A stretch of DNA of 64,000 nt from Octopus sinensis (GCF_006345805.1 NC_043013.1:3844001-3908000); one strand, 5' to 3'. Shown: positions 24,504 through 38,296, numbered from the stretch's first letter. A program made the numbers and translations. The notes: generated from the letters alone by a model not told the origin.

Positions 24504-25559
24504 TATGTGTGTTTGTGTGTGTGAGTATCTGTGTATTCAACAATTATAAATTAATGTAAAATCTGTCTCTTAATCTCTCACAGAAATACATTTTACATTG
24601 TCTCTTAGTTTTGATATGGACAATAGGCGGAAAATCAATTTCATGATAGTGACATTGCTTGCACCCACGTGGCAGGGATTAGAATCTTGACCTTCTACAT
24701 ACCATAATATTATTTAAAACATCATCCAATTAATTTATCTTACAGAAAAAAAAATTGCTGGAGTTATCTACACATTTGATTTCGCCCAATCTCAACCAAA
24801 GTGTAATAAAAATTAGAATGAAAAGTCAACCAGAAACACACTTTGATCCCGTGTTAACTCCATGAAACATCATGGCATAACCTTAAGCATAGTACAGAGG
24901 CCTTCTGAGAGAAGACCAAACGATGATAAACAAAACAGCAGAGCATTTTACATCATCTGTAGATAGACGTTGGTAATAATCGATTCAATCACCCGGCTAC
25001 GCTCACCACTTTAAATATAATATTGTCAATAACTCATCGCCATCATCTCAAGTTCGTTCTGAAATACATTATCTGAATCAGTAATTATTAGCATCTATAA
25101 ATAGATTAAAATACAATTACATATTCTATTGTATTCTTTTATTGTTATGGCTGTTATTTTTTATGGTTTTAACTCCAATTTACCAGTTAGACTGTTGTTC
25201 TGGCGGCAACTGATTACTATTATGACTATTCAAAATATTGACCCTATCGTAAGAGCTGGTAGTATAAACAGCCTTTACCAATAGAAATATATAAAATACT
25301 GAGGAAATCTGTCATTTTTTAACAATAGTGCTGTTGTTGTTTAACCCTAGGTCAACCTTTATGAAGCACACTTATGGTCAAAGACATCCCAGTCACTACC
25401 ATCACGTCTTTTTGACCATATACAGGAATATATTATCCAAAACCACCTTTCTTTTCTCAAGACAATAGTGTAAGACTTGAAGATTTAGTTGCCATTTCCA
25501 GGCTGGTCCAACGACCAATTATATATACAAGCTCCCTCCTTGGCTCCTGAAGAATTTGC

Positions 25560-26350
25560 GGTAGAATCTAATGTTGCAATAGAGTAGTGTTTTAGTAAAG
25601 GAGTGTCGTGAATCCAGTTTGAGTCTTAGTAGAGGAATACCGTGTGTTACAATGCTTTAGTAAGGTTATGTTGCGGAGTTTTTTGGTGTAGTCTTGCTTC
25701 TTTTTAGTAAGAGAAAGTAATAGAGTTCAAAACTGTATCCTGTGGTGGTTTAATAACGAAAAATAGTGTTGTACCATTTTGTATAGTTTAGTATGTTAGA
25801 AGAGAAATGTTTAGTACAATATTATGTAGTGTTTTAGTAAAAGAATGCATACAGTGAATTACAATGTTTTGTTCTGTCGTGCTTTATTAAAGGAATGTAT
25901 TATGTTGCATTGCAGTGCAATATAGGGTTTATTTATGAACTATAATAGCACCCAATGTAGAGTAGACTTTTTGCGAAGGAGTATGATCTAGTAGTGTCAC
26001 ATAGAACAATCCTTGCAGAGTTGTGTAGTGATTTTGCTAAGTATTTGAGTAAAAGAATGTAGTACTTTAGTATACGATAATCCAATATAGTATGGAGCTT
26101 TAATATAGGAAAGCAGTGTACGACAAAATGGCGCAATGTAATGTTTCATTAAATGAATGCAGTATTGAGTATTGTAGTGTCTTCCTAAAGAAATGTAGTG
26201 CAATAAAATACATTTTAATAAATGAATGTATACCAATATAGTGTTAAATTTTTGCAAAAGAATGCACGTATTGCAATGTGATTTAGTGTTTAGACGGCTT
26301 TAAATATTGTGCTTTGTATCATTTAAAATTTATCTTTCAAGAATACTGTC
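25560..26350. repeat. Decayed minisatellite (GTGTTTTAGTAAAGGAATGTAGT-like)
   Basis: Recurrent TTTAGTAAAGGAATG-like cores with TAGTG/TGTAG spacers. Confidence 0.55.
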
Positions 26351-27109
26351 TTGTGTGGGAATACTACAATGCAATGTCTATAATTGAATAACATACCTGA
26401 TTACAAAAACTGCATTTGGCCAACATCATGAAACGAAAATATATGTAATTTAATAAAGAGAATAATAATATATAAACCTAGAATTTTATACATCTACTGT
26501 TTTATTTCGGGATCTTTGGAATTTTTGATTACTCCTTGGTCAACCTAAAAACAGGCATTCAATTTGATTTCATATCAGTGGTATCACTCACGAAGATAGA
26601 AAGGTGTGCAGCAATATCAGTCAGTCTACCCCACAATTTGCAACTCAATATTTAACATTCATTGTTGTACCGTCATGATTTTATCAAATAAATGTTCCTT
26701 GTAGAAGTACTTAATTTTTTTAACTTTTGCATTTGATATTTTAAACATTTACGTCCGAACAACTGAAAACCCGGACTCAGCGTTTTACACTAACGAAACA
26801 CTCATGTTACTGCTGATGAACTCGGCCGTTGATAGCTAAAATTATATTGTCTAATATAGTGGCATAGACATCTTTCGGTTGGTCAGCTGCTTTGTTAAAG
26901 TCATATTAGCATGGATTCAATTTAAATAAAAATTAGAGGAAACCACAATGCAGCAAAGATCATACATTTATCAATATTATTGGGAACATATGTAAAATTA
27001 CTACGTTCGTCTCACTAGCAACACTCATACCACATGTAATTGTTAATGATTGTAGCATCATAATTATTTATAGATTACAGACTTCCTTCAGTCTAGAGCA
27101 TCATTTAGG

Positions 27110-27400
27110 AGCCAGTCTGGCGGAGAATATTGTATTTAAGTCAGCACAGTGAAGAATATACTATACGTGTCAATCTGATGGAAAAGGCAGTATGTCCGTG
27201 AGTATGGCGGATGATGCAGTGTGAGTCAGTCTGATCGAGGATGCAGTGTGTTTATCTGTCAGTGTTGTGGAAAATAGAGTGTCTGTCAGTTTGGTGGAGA
27301 ATAAATTACGTGTTTCTTTTTGGCGGATAATATGCATTTATGTCGATATAGTGGAGGATATAGTGTATCAGTAGAATGGAGAATACATCTCTGCAGGCGT
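27110..27400. repeat. Decayed ~28-30-bp minisatellite (GTCAGTNTGGNGGAGAATA)
   Basis: About 9-10 diverged units. Confidence 0.55.
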
Positions 27401-27429
27401 TTAAATATAATCGGAAATCACACACAGCA

Positions 27430-27430
27430 T

Positions 27431-27491
<61 letters not shown>

Positions 27492-27495
27492 TATA

Positions 27496-27584
<89 letters not shown>

Positions 27585-27586
27585 AT

Positions 27587-27650
<64 letters not shown>
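27430..27650. repeat. (TA)n microsatellite
   Basis: Seen directly; one of many (e.g. 9376-9636, 10020-10490, 10945-11040, 42400-42490, 62120-62260, 63620-63960). Confidence 0.95.
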
Positions 27651-27654
<4 letters not shown>

Positions 27655-27767
27655 CGCACGCGCGTGTGTGTGAGTATTTGTGAGCAGCCGAGTAGTTTTC
27701 GTTATTTCCTGTTGTTATTGCCTCATACTGTTGCCTTTGAGAGAAGCATGATTGCTTTAATTCTCAT

Positions 27768-27800
<33 letters not shown>

Positions 27801-28880
27801 TCGCACAAATCAATTCTATCACATGCCATATGTTATAATGTATAAAATTGTCTATTGAAGCAAGCCTTTAAGAGATCATATAAACGACAACCATTATGAT
27901 TCAATATGCAATTATTTATAATTTGTTATTCACAGTATTATTATTGTCAAACTTATGGATCCTATCACCATTCAAGCTAAACTCACAAGAGGATTTGAGA
28001 TCAGTGCTACAGTTTAACTAAACACAAACCGGTCAATTAGACCTCCCTTTCGATTACTCACAACGGCCAGTTCTTCATCTCTTTTGTACATATTTATAAG
28101 TTGATGGACATTTGAAGCATTCGGTTATTGTTTTACTTGTGTCAGTTATTGGACTGCGGCCATGCAGGGGCATCCATATCGACTTCAGTATTTCTTTTCG
28201 TTTGGTACTGATTTTACCAATCTTTCTTTATCGTTAAGTTGCACTTTGACACAAAGGAACGCTATGGCGGCTTACGCAAGTAAATGGAAACAGCTACAAC
28301 GGAAATAAACACGCATGCGCAGACATGCATACATGCTATTGCGTATCTTTGGAAGTGACAGCTCAGACATAGAAATTACCAATTTTTTTCTCCCGGCATC
28401 TAATAAGCATAATCTGTTGTGAATCAGTGAAACACAGTGCTACGAGACCATTAATTCAAGAGTAACAGAGAAGAGTTATGGATCAATTAAAATTGATGGT
28501 GGACATGAAGAATTACATTGAAGTATTGGGAATTCTGAATAACTATGGTTAACAAAATCTTCATTTAAAAACAACATTCTATAAAATATTTGCCAAACTT
28601 AGCGACTATATTTCAGCAATCTGTCTTTCTCGGTAACTCTCCACCCACCCCCACTCTATTACAGGAGCTTCAGAGAAAACATAACATTCGATAAAGCTGG
28701 AATTATTTTTGTGACGGCCTTAGCAAGATAGCTATTTATACAAGTGTCAACGCTAATTTGTCTGTTTTCTGGCAGTCAGCCAATACAACCAGAAATCTGA
28801 TAGCGTTTTGTCTGCCGGAATCAGGAAGAATTCTGTAGGTCGGCCGCTTTTCTATCGTCTCTGATAGTATCTGTGTAAAC

Positions 28881-28918
<38 letters not shown>

Positions 28919-29135
28919 ATGTGTAACTTTTTCGGCTTTCACCTTGGCAAGAATTTAGTTAGCCTCCTCTGAGGTTTCACTAACATACCAGTTTTTCTGG
29001 ATATTACTAGCCCTTCGTGCAACCATTCTCCCACGATCCTCCGCATTGTGCAACGTAGCCGTTCCCGAAAGAGAGACAGAGATAGAAAGAGAAAGAAAAT
29101 ATTGAGAAAGAAAGAACGAGAGAGAGAGAGAGAGA

Positions 29136-29170
<35 letters not shown>

Positions 29171-29290
29171 GACCAGTACTTGATTGATACTTTATATATC
29201 GACGGGATGAAGGGACAAAAAGTAAAGATGATTTCAGCGGTGTTTGATCTCAAAGTGTAGATAACCTGAACAAGTACCAGAAAGTATTCT

Positions 29291-29531
29291 CAGTGGTTTT
29301 CAACCATTTTTGACCCATATGTCTCTTTGATTCCTATTTTACTCAACTGGACATCCATAGCCATTTGTTGTATATATAAAAAATACTACTGCATTTTTCT
29401 AATTAAACATTATTAGGAGCTGTATGGAACAATTAAAATATTTTGCATGTTGCAGGAGTAAAAGCAATTTTTAACAACAAACTCTTATATCGGCCGCTAA
29501 GGGTCATATGGACATCGGCTGAGAACCACTA
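29291..29531. mobile_element. Probable hAT/Charlie-type MITE
   Basis: Ends CAGTGGTTTTCAACC and revcomp TAGTGGTTCTCAGCC (12/15 match); CAGTGGTTCTCAA-type termini are typical of hAT-Charlie; 8-bp TSD not recognisable. Confidence 0.5.
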
Positions 29532-30209
29532 TCCTACCCGATGATCCAATGCCCCCGCTAATTCCCCACCACCTATTGTATAAATAGTGTGAGTGAATGC
29601 GTGTAAATGTGTGTGTGTGTGAGAGAGAGAAGAGAGAGTATGTGTGTGTGTGTGAGAGAGTATGTGTGTGTGTGAGAGAGAGTATGTGTGTGTGCGAGTG
29701 TGTAATATTGAGCAATAAACCTTGAAAATGATACTGTGTTTTTGTGGCACAGACTTTATTACATAAGTCGTCAAATATACACAGGTACAATATACTGAAG
29801 GTGGTGTCCCAGCAAGACTGTAGTTTAACAACGGAATGTAGCGAAAAAAAGAATGCACGTCCCAAGTGTTTCAGCTGTACAACAGTGATATCCCGTCATA
29901 CTATGAAAGCAACAGTCTGTATTAAAAGTATTGAATGAACCGATAATACTGCTCTGACGAAGAATAATTGACCACTATAGGCTGTGAGAGCAACTATAAT
30001 ATTGAAAAGCGTTTTGTTAGTTTCAAATTCTTAGTGCAATTCTACTATTCATGAAGGAAACAACAGGAAATCAAACCTTGAAATCCGCGCGCAGTAACCC
30101 TTGGATTAGGGAACCCGTGCGCAGTAACCCTTGGATTAGGGAACATGACTTCCCTTAATGCATATATATATTATACGTTATAGATAATTATTTCCCATGA
30201 TGAAAAACA

Positions 30210-30390
30210 GCCTCTATGAGGTTGCTTGGCCAGCTTGAAATAGCAGCCAAATCTTCTCGAAAAGACATCGACACATTAGATAATCTAATAGTAGATACGC
30301 AATACCCGAAAAAATGAAGAAATAGGCCAGAATGGAGCGCCTTAATCCTAGGTCTGCTTAATCAGGTCTGATCAGAGATTAAATAACAAG
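30210..30390 (+). mobile_element. Old interspersed repeat (family E, SINE-like)
   Basis: CTAGAAATAGCAGCCAAATCT-like core; related decayed pieces at ~11160-11225, ~25340-25545 (-) and ~58230-58545. Confidence 0.4.
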
Positions 30391-31322
30391 TTAGACGATT
30401 GTCTTATCCATCTACAATGCTTAATCATACTTTGGTCCAATAGAGAACATACACATCAAGATACACCAAACAAAACTCGGCGAGTTTTCCAGATTTAAAA
30501 CATTAATCAGCAGTCTTAGTTGATCAAGGGAAAAACGTAATTCTTTAAGTTTCATTTAATGTAGTGTTTTATAGATTTTTTCCAATTGTGCAATTGGGAT
30601 AAAACTACTATCCATGAACTAGTAATTGGGTCTTAATAATTTCTGATTACATGGTATCTCTGAGATATTAACACTGTTAAGTGATATGATATACAACAAG
30701 CAGATAAAAAGTTAATGTAACAATATATGTTTATATGGTATAGCTCCCACAGAGAAGATATCGCATAACGTATTTGGTAGAAATTATACAAAGAAAATGT
30801 CTCCGACGAGATTGTTATTAACAGTAATATTACTCGTTTTTCAAAAAGAAAAAAAAAAATTTCAAAATGAAAGACCTTAGAAAAAAACTTTATCAAGGTA
30901 ACACCATTTTTACTGTTTGATCTCAAGAGTGTATTATCCTGGTACAGATATCAATGAAATTTTACACCAAAAATTGATATCATTGAGATAGAAGAAATTA
31001 TATTAAGTCAGTATCACACGTAAAACTACTATCAAAATACTAACAACACCGATTTTTCGGCAACTCCTATTTCTTTTTTTGCTCATGATGGAAGCGTTAT
31101 CATTGCCGTTGATATTATACTCGCAAGAAAGGGGTAAATTGCCATGCAGTGTTTAGTTAACTACCTCTACGTTCTGAGTTTAAATTCTGCCGATATCAAC
31201 TTTACCTTCCAAGGTTGATAAAATAACAAGCAGTCAATACCGGTGGCAATACAATCTTCTCTATCTCCCCACCTCAATGTGCAGTATTATATATATATTA
31301 AATTATTATTATTAGACAAGTT

Positions 31323-31529
31323 AAGGCGGCGAGCTGGCAGAATCGTTAGCACGCCCGGCAAAATGCTGAGCAGCATTTCGCCCATCTTTACGTTCTGATT
31401 CCACCGAGGTCGACTTTGCGTCTCATCCCTTTCGGGGTCAATAAAATAAGTATCAGTTTAGCACTGAGGTCAATGTAATCGACTTATCCCTCCCTCGGAA
31501 CTTCTGGCCTTGTGCCAAAATTTGAAACT
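31323..31529 (+). mobile_element. SINE family C
   Basis: AAGGCGGCGAGCTGGCAGAATCG head. Confidence 0.88.
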
Positions 31530-32224
31530 AGTATTAAATTAGTGCATCACATACCGGCCTATAGGCTAATCCCGCAGTATTTGACACGAAGAAATATAAG
31601 GGCAAAAAGACACCGATAACGAAATTGACGCTATGGCTATAATTATTCCCGTGGCTTAATATAAGAAGGTGGTCAACAATGAGGTGTCTCTTCGTGTATG
31701 TCCGTGCAAGAGTACAAAACGATTTTAGATTTCAGGAATCGAAATCGCAGGTGTAGTAGGGGCGAAGTAAAAATCATTTAAAGGCCCTCTGGCCAGAAAA
31801 TCTGAAGTAACTAAAAGAAAATAAGCGACTGCAAAAGTAGGTCACGGGCGCTGCTGTTCCCAGGAATCTTCACTCAAGAATATTTGTCACTATATTTTTT
31901 ATATTACATGTTTATACCAACACAATTGTCTCTCTATCCATCACGCATTGACTGATATTTCATTATTCCTGGGAACTTCCTCAAGGAATATGATCCTTGT
32001 TTTTCTCGCAAAAATAACCTGCGTGCATATTTTTGTAGCTATTATCAATGATAATACTACAAGAAAAAAAAACATAGAAGAATATTTATCTTTGCACAAC
32101 TGGCTTACCAATCTGAAAACGGAGCTGTTAATCTTTTTTTTGAAATCTCACTATACTATCTTGAAAAGACGGCAAATATTGGTTAATGTAGTATTAGATA
32201 CTGTCGTCGTCGTCATCGTCTTCG

Positions 32225-32400
32225 ATCACCATCACCATCGTTTTACGTCAGTTTACCCTTGCTTCCTTGCGGTGGATGGTTTTTCTCCAGTGTCTCACCA
32301 ATTGATGCAGTTCGTTATCATTTCCTTCGCGGGTTCCCACCGCTTGAGATCATATTTCGCCCTTCAGTCCCATGTTTTCTTAGGTCTTCCTGCTAAGTGT
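32225..32400 (-). mobile_element. RTE-like LINE 3' fragment
   Basis: Minus-strand translation GRPKKTWD...YDL. Confidence 0.5.
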
Positions 32401-32639
32401 ACCTTTACCCTACTGTTATCATTCGTATAGAGTTTAAGAGATGTTGAATAAGATTGCCTTGTCATCAGTTTTAGGAGCCAATCGAGAAGTCGAGAAAGCC
32501 TTATCCAGGTCATAGACAGCAGAGTTACCCCACCCATCCATCATCTTGTAACAATGAAGAAGATATGGAAAACGAGAAAGAAGAGAGCAAAAAAGGAAAA
32601 AGATCCCCAAAAGGCAAACAAGTCTCTGAAGAAAAACCC

Positions 32640-32800
32640 ATCTCTATTGTAGGAGCTCTACTGGGCATTTTATTTCAGTCTCCTTCAACCATTTGTCTAC
32701 ATCTTGGCTCACTGTTCCCAACGCACCAATTATCATAGGCACGACCTTTACTGTTTGCATGCTCCAAGCTTTTCCTTATTATTACTAGTCTCTTTAACAG
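32640..32800 (-). mobile_element. RLE-type LINE C-terminal fragment
   Basis: KAWSMQTVKVVPMIIGALGTVSQDVDKWLKETEIKCPVELLQ. Confidence 0.7.
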
Positions 32801-32844
32801 AGCTGCAGTTCTGGGTAAAATAGGGACTGAAGGGAAGGATATGG

Positions 32845-33770
32845 AAAGTGGAATGTCTTCAAGCGCTCACAGCACTCAGCCAATCAGACAGTGCGGCGGG
32901 TGGAACGTCCACTTTAGCTTTTTATAGAGGATTAGTGAAGAAAAAGTGTGACGACGTTCTTGGGGAGATCTTGAACTTCGAAAAAGATAAGCTTGACGCT
33001 CTTTTCTGGAGATCTTTCAGGCCGGGACTAATAATTTCTAAAAATCTCTGGCCCAGCAGTGCTATCAGGGAGCTTTGATTGTTCAAGATAAACTTTACAG
33101 ACACGGAAGTGCCGTCAGCCGAGCATGTTCGAGATGCGTGCTGGACGACGAGACGGTCTTGCATGCACTCGTCCAGTGCTGGAGCATTGCTGACCTGTGG
33201 GTTTATGTCGAACACCTGATGCCGCGTGTGGGACGGATCCGGCTGTCAATCGAATCCATCGTGAAAATCGTCTCGCCGCTTTCTGTTAACCAGGAAGGAA
33301 AGGTTCTTTTTACAGGCCTGGTGGCCATGGCGAAAGCGGTTGTGTGGTGGACGATATTGAAAGGGCTGAAGATAAACACTTTTCTCTTTGAAAAAGGAAA
33401 ATAAGGGCGGAGAGGGAAGTGTTGTCTTCTAACCAGTTTGCTGAAAAGTGGACGAAAGTGGCGATAATGGTGCGAGTGAACGGGCCTGTCCAGAGCATAC
33501 GCCTGGAGTTGGAAAAAAGGCATTTGCCCTAAAAGTCAGGGTACACATGGTTTTTTTATGGGATTTTTCTATGAGCAGCCCTCGAACACCTCCTCCCTAT
33601 TGAGGATTACACATTGCTGATTTCTTTCTTTCTCTTTTTTTAAAAAGTTTGCAAGTCTTGTTTACACCAAAACACTCACAGAAACACACACTCACACACA
33701 TGCACACGCACATTCTTTGTTTTGTCCGACACTGTCCATAATGTTTTATTAACCTTCTGCTTAATAAAGA
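32845..33770 (+). mobile_element. Second Tx1-clade LINE 3' fragment
   Basis: LYRHGSAVSRACSRCVLDDETVLHALVQC matches the CCHC of the 1071 element; T-rich UTR ends AATAAAGAA. Confidence 0.82.
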
Positions 33771-33783
33771 AGCAATTATTGCT

Positions 33784-33974
33784 AAGGTAGCTAGTTAAGA
33801 ACGCCGGTCAAAATGCTTAGCGGTATTTCGCTCGTTTTTATGTTCCGGGTTCAAATTCCGCCAAGGTCGACTTTGCCTTTCATCCCTTCGGGGCGATAAA
33901 TTAAGTACGACTAGGGTCGATGTAATCGACTAGCCCCCTCTCCCAAATCTGAGGCCTTGTGCCTATAGTAGAAA
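33784..33974 (+). mobile_element. SINE family C
   Basis: Homologous to 31323. Confidence 0.82.
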
Positions 33975-34002
33975 TAAAATAATAATAATAATAATAATAA
34001 TA

Positions 34003-34084
<82 letters not shown>

Positions 34085-34085
<1 letters not shown>

Positions 34086-34251
34086 AGGCGGCGAGCTGGC
34101 AGAAATGTTAGCGGTATTTTGTCTGTCGAGGTCGACTTTGCCTTTCACCCTCTCGAAGTCGATAAATTAAGTGCCAGTTGCGTACTGGGGTCGATCTAAT
34201 CGGCTGGTAACCTCCCCCAAAATATTGTGCCTTGTGTCTAGAGTAGAAAAG

Positions 34252-34252
<1 letters not shown>
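34085..34252 (+). mobile_element. SINE family C, internally deleted, between (AAT)n and (ATT)n
   Basis: Homologous to 31323. Confidence 0.82.
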
Positions 34253-34305
<53 letters not shown>

Positions 34306-34351
34306 TTATTATTATTATTCTGTTGTTGTTGTTGTTGTTATTATTATTATT

Positions 34352-34582
34352 GAGTGAGAGAGCAGTGCATACCATCAAAGTGACACTGGGGTAAAATATA
34401 CGAACCCCAGTATACCCATCATGACTATCCGTCAGATAAGGGTACACCAGGCACATGCATCACAACCATACGTGCATGACATGGTGATCTCATATCAAGA
34501 TAAACAGCATATGACCTTGCAGGTGGGGCCCAGTTAGAACTTTCCTTAGGTTGAGTAGCTTGTCCCACTCAAAAGGTGCCTG
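34352..34582 (-). mobile_element. Retroposon 3' tail module ending in (AAT)n
   Basis: Its terminal 27 nt recur at 36980-37006 inside (ATT)n. Confidence 0.6.
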
Positions 34583-36300
34583 GTGTTTTTGTTATGTATT
34601 TGTCTGAATGTTTTTTTTTATCATACTTAATGCGCCTACTATAATACGAATTGTTTCTGTTTTTAGGTTCCACATTCGAGTTGCTTCTATTTCCAGATAA
34701 TTTAGAGACACGTTGTCATCTGCCGGTATTGATACATCGATTAGAAAGCATTTTTTCTTGGTGATCTCTGACAACTATATCCTGCCTTAATTTCTCTATC
34801 TGTGTTTATTGGCGTGTCCCAGAGTATGGTTGCTTTCTCCTTTTCTGCGACCTTTTCTAGGGTATGCCTGTACCATCTTTTTTCTGTTGTTTTTCCGTAG
34901 TGTTGACATAGCTCCCAGTGTATATAGGTCCCAACTCTATCGTGTCTGTGAATATATTCTTTATTAGCCAGGACTGGGCAGCCAGAGTCAATATGATTTA
35001 TTTTTCTCCAACACCACATATTCTGTAGTTACTTGTATTTCTTTTCATTACGTCTTTGTGGTGATTTCTGGTGGGGAGGCTTTGATCTTGTGCTGCAGTT
35101 AAAAATTCTTCAGTCTTTTGAGCTTTTCAGCCATTGTTGGGATTTTGCCCTGTCTACTTTTTTGTTTAGCTTAACCCGATATTTGTTATATAGGGGCTTC
35201 TTTTGCCATCGTTTTATCATGATACGTTGCTGTTCCAGTTTTAGTTTGGATTTTATTTGTTTTATAGCTTTCATTGTTTCTTCTTTTTCTTTATAGTTGT
35301 TAGGTATAATGGCTTCTTTTCTGTATTTGTAAGCTTCCTAAAGACAGAAAGCAGTCTGCTGCATATATTATATCATTTAGCCTGGTGATATTGGCATTTG
35401 TTTATGTGGTTATTAATTCTGTGATGGCCAAATACATGCTATTTATTATTGATGTTGTTTTATTATCATTCATAATCTTTGAGAGGTACTATCGGTGTTC
35501 CACACTGAGATCTGTGGTTTTCAATTCTTTGATTATACTCATTTTAGAGTATCATAATCATTAATTTCATCGTCACTGTTTCCAGGTTTTAGATTTGTTT
35601 CGTATTCCGTCCTTTTCATATTTGTGTCTGTGGTGTTCTGGTTTGGTGTATTTTACTCATAATTAACCATTCCTACGGTCGGGGTTTGTTGTCTTTCGCT
35701 GTTTATTTCGTTTTTGTTGGACATGTTACGTCTGTCTTCATATTTTACATTCCCAGTGCTTATGGCATTATTTGGCACTGCTATATAGTTACTATCTTCG
35801 TTTTCCTGATGTATTTTTCCTTTTAAGTGTTCTATTTCTCATATTTTTTGTTTTGAGAATATATCTCCTTATGTTAGTTAATTTATTAGGGTTCATTGCT
35901 ATTTCCAAATCTTTATCTAGGTTATTTTTCTTCCAGATTTTATATGTATATGTTGTTGTGTTTCCATTCCGTGGGTAGAGCACTGCTGTAAAATAAACAT
36001 GTAGGATTGAAATGTATTCCTCACGTGTCCATTTATGCTTTTTGATTTTATTTGCGGGTCGTGAGGAATAACATCAGACCCTTTATTTTGATTGTCATCA
36101 TTTTCGTAGGTTACCGGTCCGTTCATCTCTGGTGTTAAATGGTTTAGCACGTGTAGTTTTTCGTTCTTTTTGTGTAACAGGTTTAAAGTACGTACCTCCT
36201 TTTTATTCTCTTTTGCTTGAATAATACGCGTATTATTTAATTCATTTTTCATTTTTTTTTGTGTGTGTATAATGGTTGGGGACAAAGACGGTCTGATGTT
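34583..36300 (-). mobile_element. RLE-type (R4/Dong/HERO-like) LINE, internally deleted
   Basis: HIDSGCPVLANKEYIHRHDRVG (CCHC), ILWDTPINTD, FLIDVSIPAD, IEATRMWNL, IIVGAL; N-terminal-like region at 35330-36300; no RT core. Confidence 0.78.
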
Positions 36301-36541
36301 GATTGGACCATAATGTGGCGAGCGTGTTTACACGTATTGTGCGAGTGATGGAGATGATACACAATTAAAATACATAATTTCATTTGGAAAGTAAAAATAC
36401 ATTTTAATGAGTATTACTCACTCGGATATAGTCCAAAACTTTATCAGTTATTTTAGGTTCCATTTCTTGTCTTTATTCCCGATGTTTTTGGATAAATTTC
36501 GGAGCAGTGTTTTATCGTTCTCACATGTTAAACGTCTCCGG

Positions 36542-36550
36542 TCTTCTTCT

Positions 36551-36582
<32 letters not shown>

Positions 36583-36703
36583 TTCTTCTTCTTCTTCTTC
36601 TTCTTCTTCTTCTTCTTCTTCTTCTTCTTCTTCTTCTTCTTCTTCTTCTTCTTCTTCTTCTTCTTCTTCTTCTTCCTCCTCCTCCTCCTCCTCCTCCTCC
36701 TCC
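36542..36703. repeat. (TTC)n/(TCC)n microsatellite
   Basis: Seen directly. Confidence 0.95.
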
Positions 36704-36705
36704 TT

Positions 36706-36900
36706 AGCGAGCTGGCAGAATCGTTAGCATGGTGGACGAAATGCTTAGTGGCATTTCGCCCGTCGCTACGTTCAGAGTTCAAATTCCTCTGAGGTCGACT
36801 TTGCCTTTCATCCTTTAGGGGTTGATAAAATAAGTACCAGTTGAAGACTGAGGTCGACATAGTCGACTCATCTCCAGCTCCCCAAGCTGCCCTTGTGGAA
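36706..36900 (+). mobile_element. SINE family C
   Basis: Homologous to 31323. Confidence 0.82.
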
Positions 36901-37018
36901 AACATTTTAAATAACAACAACAACAACAACAACAACAATAATAATAGTCATTATTATCATTATTATTATTATTATTATTGAGTGAGAGAGCAGTTCATGC
37001 CATCAATTATTATTATTA

Positions 37019-37067
<49 letters not shown>

Positions 37068-37116
37068 GTTGTTGTTGTTGTTGTTGTTGTTGTGGTTGTT
37101 GTTGTTGTTGTTGTTG

Positions 37117-37157
<41 letters not shown>

Positions 37158-37169
37158 ATTAATTCTTCT

Positions 37170-37605
37170 TCTTATTATTATTAATATCATATTTTACTTC
37201 TGAGAGGTCTCGATCTTACTTGCTCAGGTTAATTATGTGAGAGCTGACAACATCCAGTTGTCAAAGGTCTCACAAGGACTCTTTCCGCAAATTATAAGAC
37301 TTTATAATTTATGTGTTACGTTTTGTGGTAGATATTCAACACCCAAGTATCAATCTCAAAACCCTAGCTGTCCCCAACAGAGCAGTCTTTTTGGTCATGC
37401 AGTGTCCACATATCAATTCTAATTTTTCCGATACATTTCTCGAACTTGGTAGTTAGTACTCCGAGTGTCGCTGCAACAACAGGGACGACATTTACTCTCT
37501 TCATTACCTAATTTCATCTTTTAGTAACTTGTATTTTCCCACCTTTTCCAGCTCTTTGTCACCTGTGCGTGCATATCCACTTATTTCAAAATATATCTTA
37601 GTTCG
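37170..37605 (-). mobile_element. RLE-type LINE 3' end (duplicated at ~38310-38745)
   Basis: KKTALLGTARVLRLIL motif; 3' UTR runs into (AAT)n. Confidence 0.72.
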
Positions 37606-37607
37606 AT

Positions 37608-37822
37608 AGGCGGTGAGGCAGCAGAATCGTTAACACGCCGAGCAAAATGCATAGCGGTATTTCGCCCGTTTTTACGTTCTGAGTTCAAATTCCGCTGAGA
37701 TCCACTTTGCCTTTCATCCTTTTGGGATCGATAAAATAGGTACTAGTCATATACTGAGGCTGATGTAATCGACTAGCCCTCCACCCACAAAAAAGTTCCG
37801 GCCGTGTGCCTATAGTAGAAAG
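37608..37822 (+). mobile_element. SINE family C (duplicated at 38747-38959)
   Basis: Homologous to 31323. Confidence 0.85.
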
Positions 37823-37858
37823 TATTATTATTATTATTATTATTATTCCAGGCAGTGA

Positions 37859-37938
<80 letters not shown>

Positions 37939-37985
37939 TCGAAAAATACCTTAGGAATGAGAACCCAGGTTCGAAATTTCCCTAA

Positions 37986-38031
37986 GACACCTGATGAAGG
38001 CTGGAGGATATATCAGCCGAAACGTTGTGTT
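37986..38031 (+). ncRNA. Minimal type I hammerhead ribozyme motif
   Basis: GACAC-CUGAUGA-A-GGCUG(GAGGAUAUAU)CAGCC-GAAA-CG-UU-GUGUU: stem I 5 bp, stem II 5 bp, palindromic AACGUU stem III. Confidence 0.72.
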
Positions 38032-38175
38032 AACAGCAAACAAGATGAGGACAAATATCCATCAAATGAAAATAAAGTACATAATTCCTCATCTCTTAAA
38101 TATAAAACTGGATGATGATGTAGTCTACGAGCCTTCACTACCAAAATTTCAGGCCTTGTGCTCATAGTAGAAAGA

Positions 38176-38221
<46 letters not shown>

Positions 38222-38255
38222 TATTATTATTGCTGTTGTTGTTGTTGTGTTGTTG

Positions 38256-38296
<41 letters not shown>

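Noticed and set aside
27110-27400. CRISPR-like repeat-spacer pattern
   Set aside because: Units are diverged and contiguous with no unique spacers, the context is eukaryotic, and no cas genes are present.
30089-30144. 26-bp direct repeat GCGCAGTAACCCTTGGATTAGGGAAC x2
   Set aside because: A simple local 30-bp duplication with no further structure.
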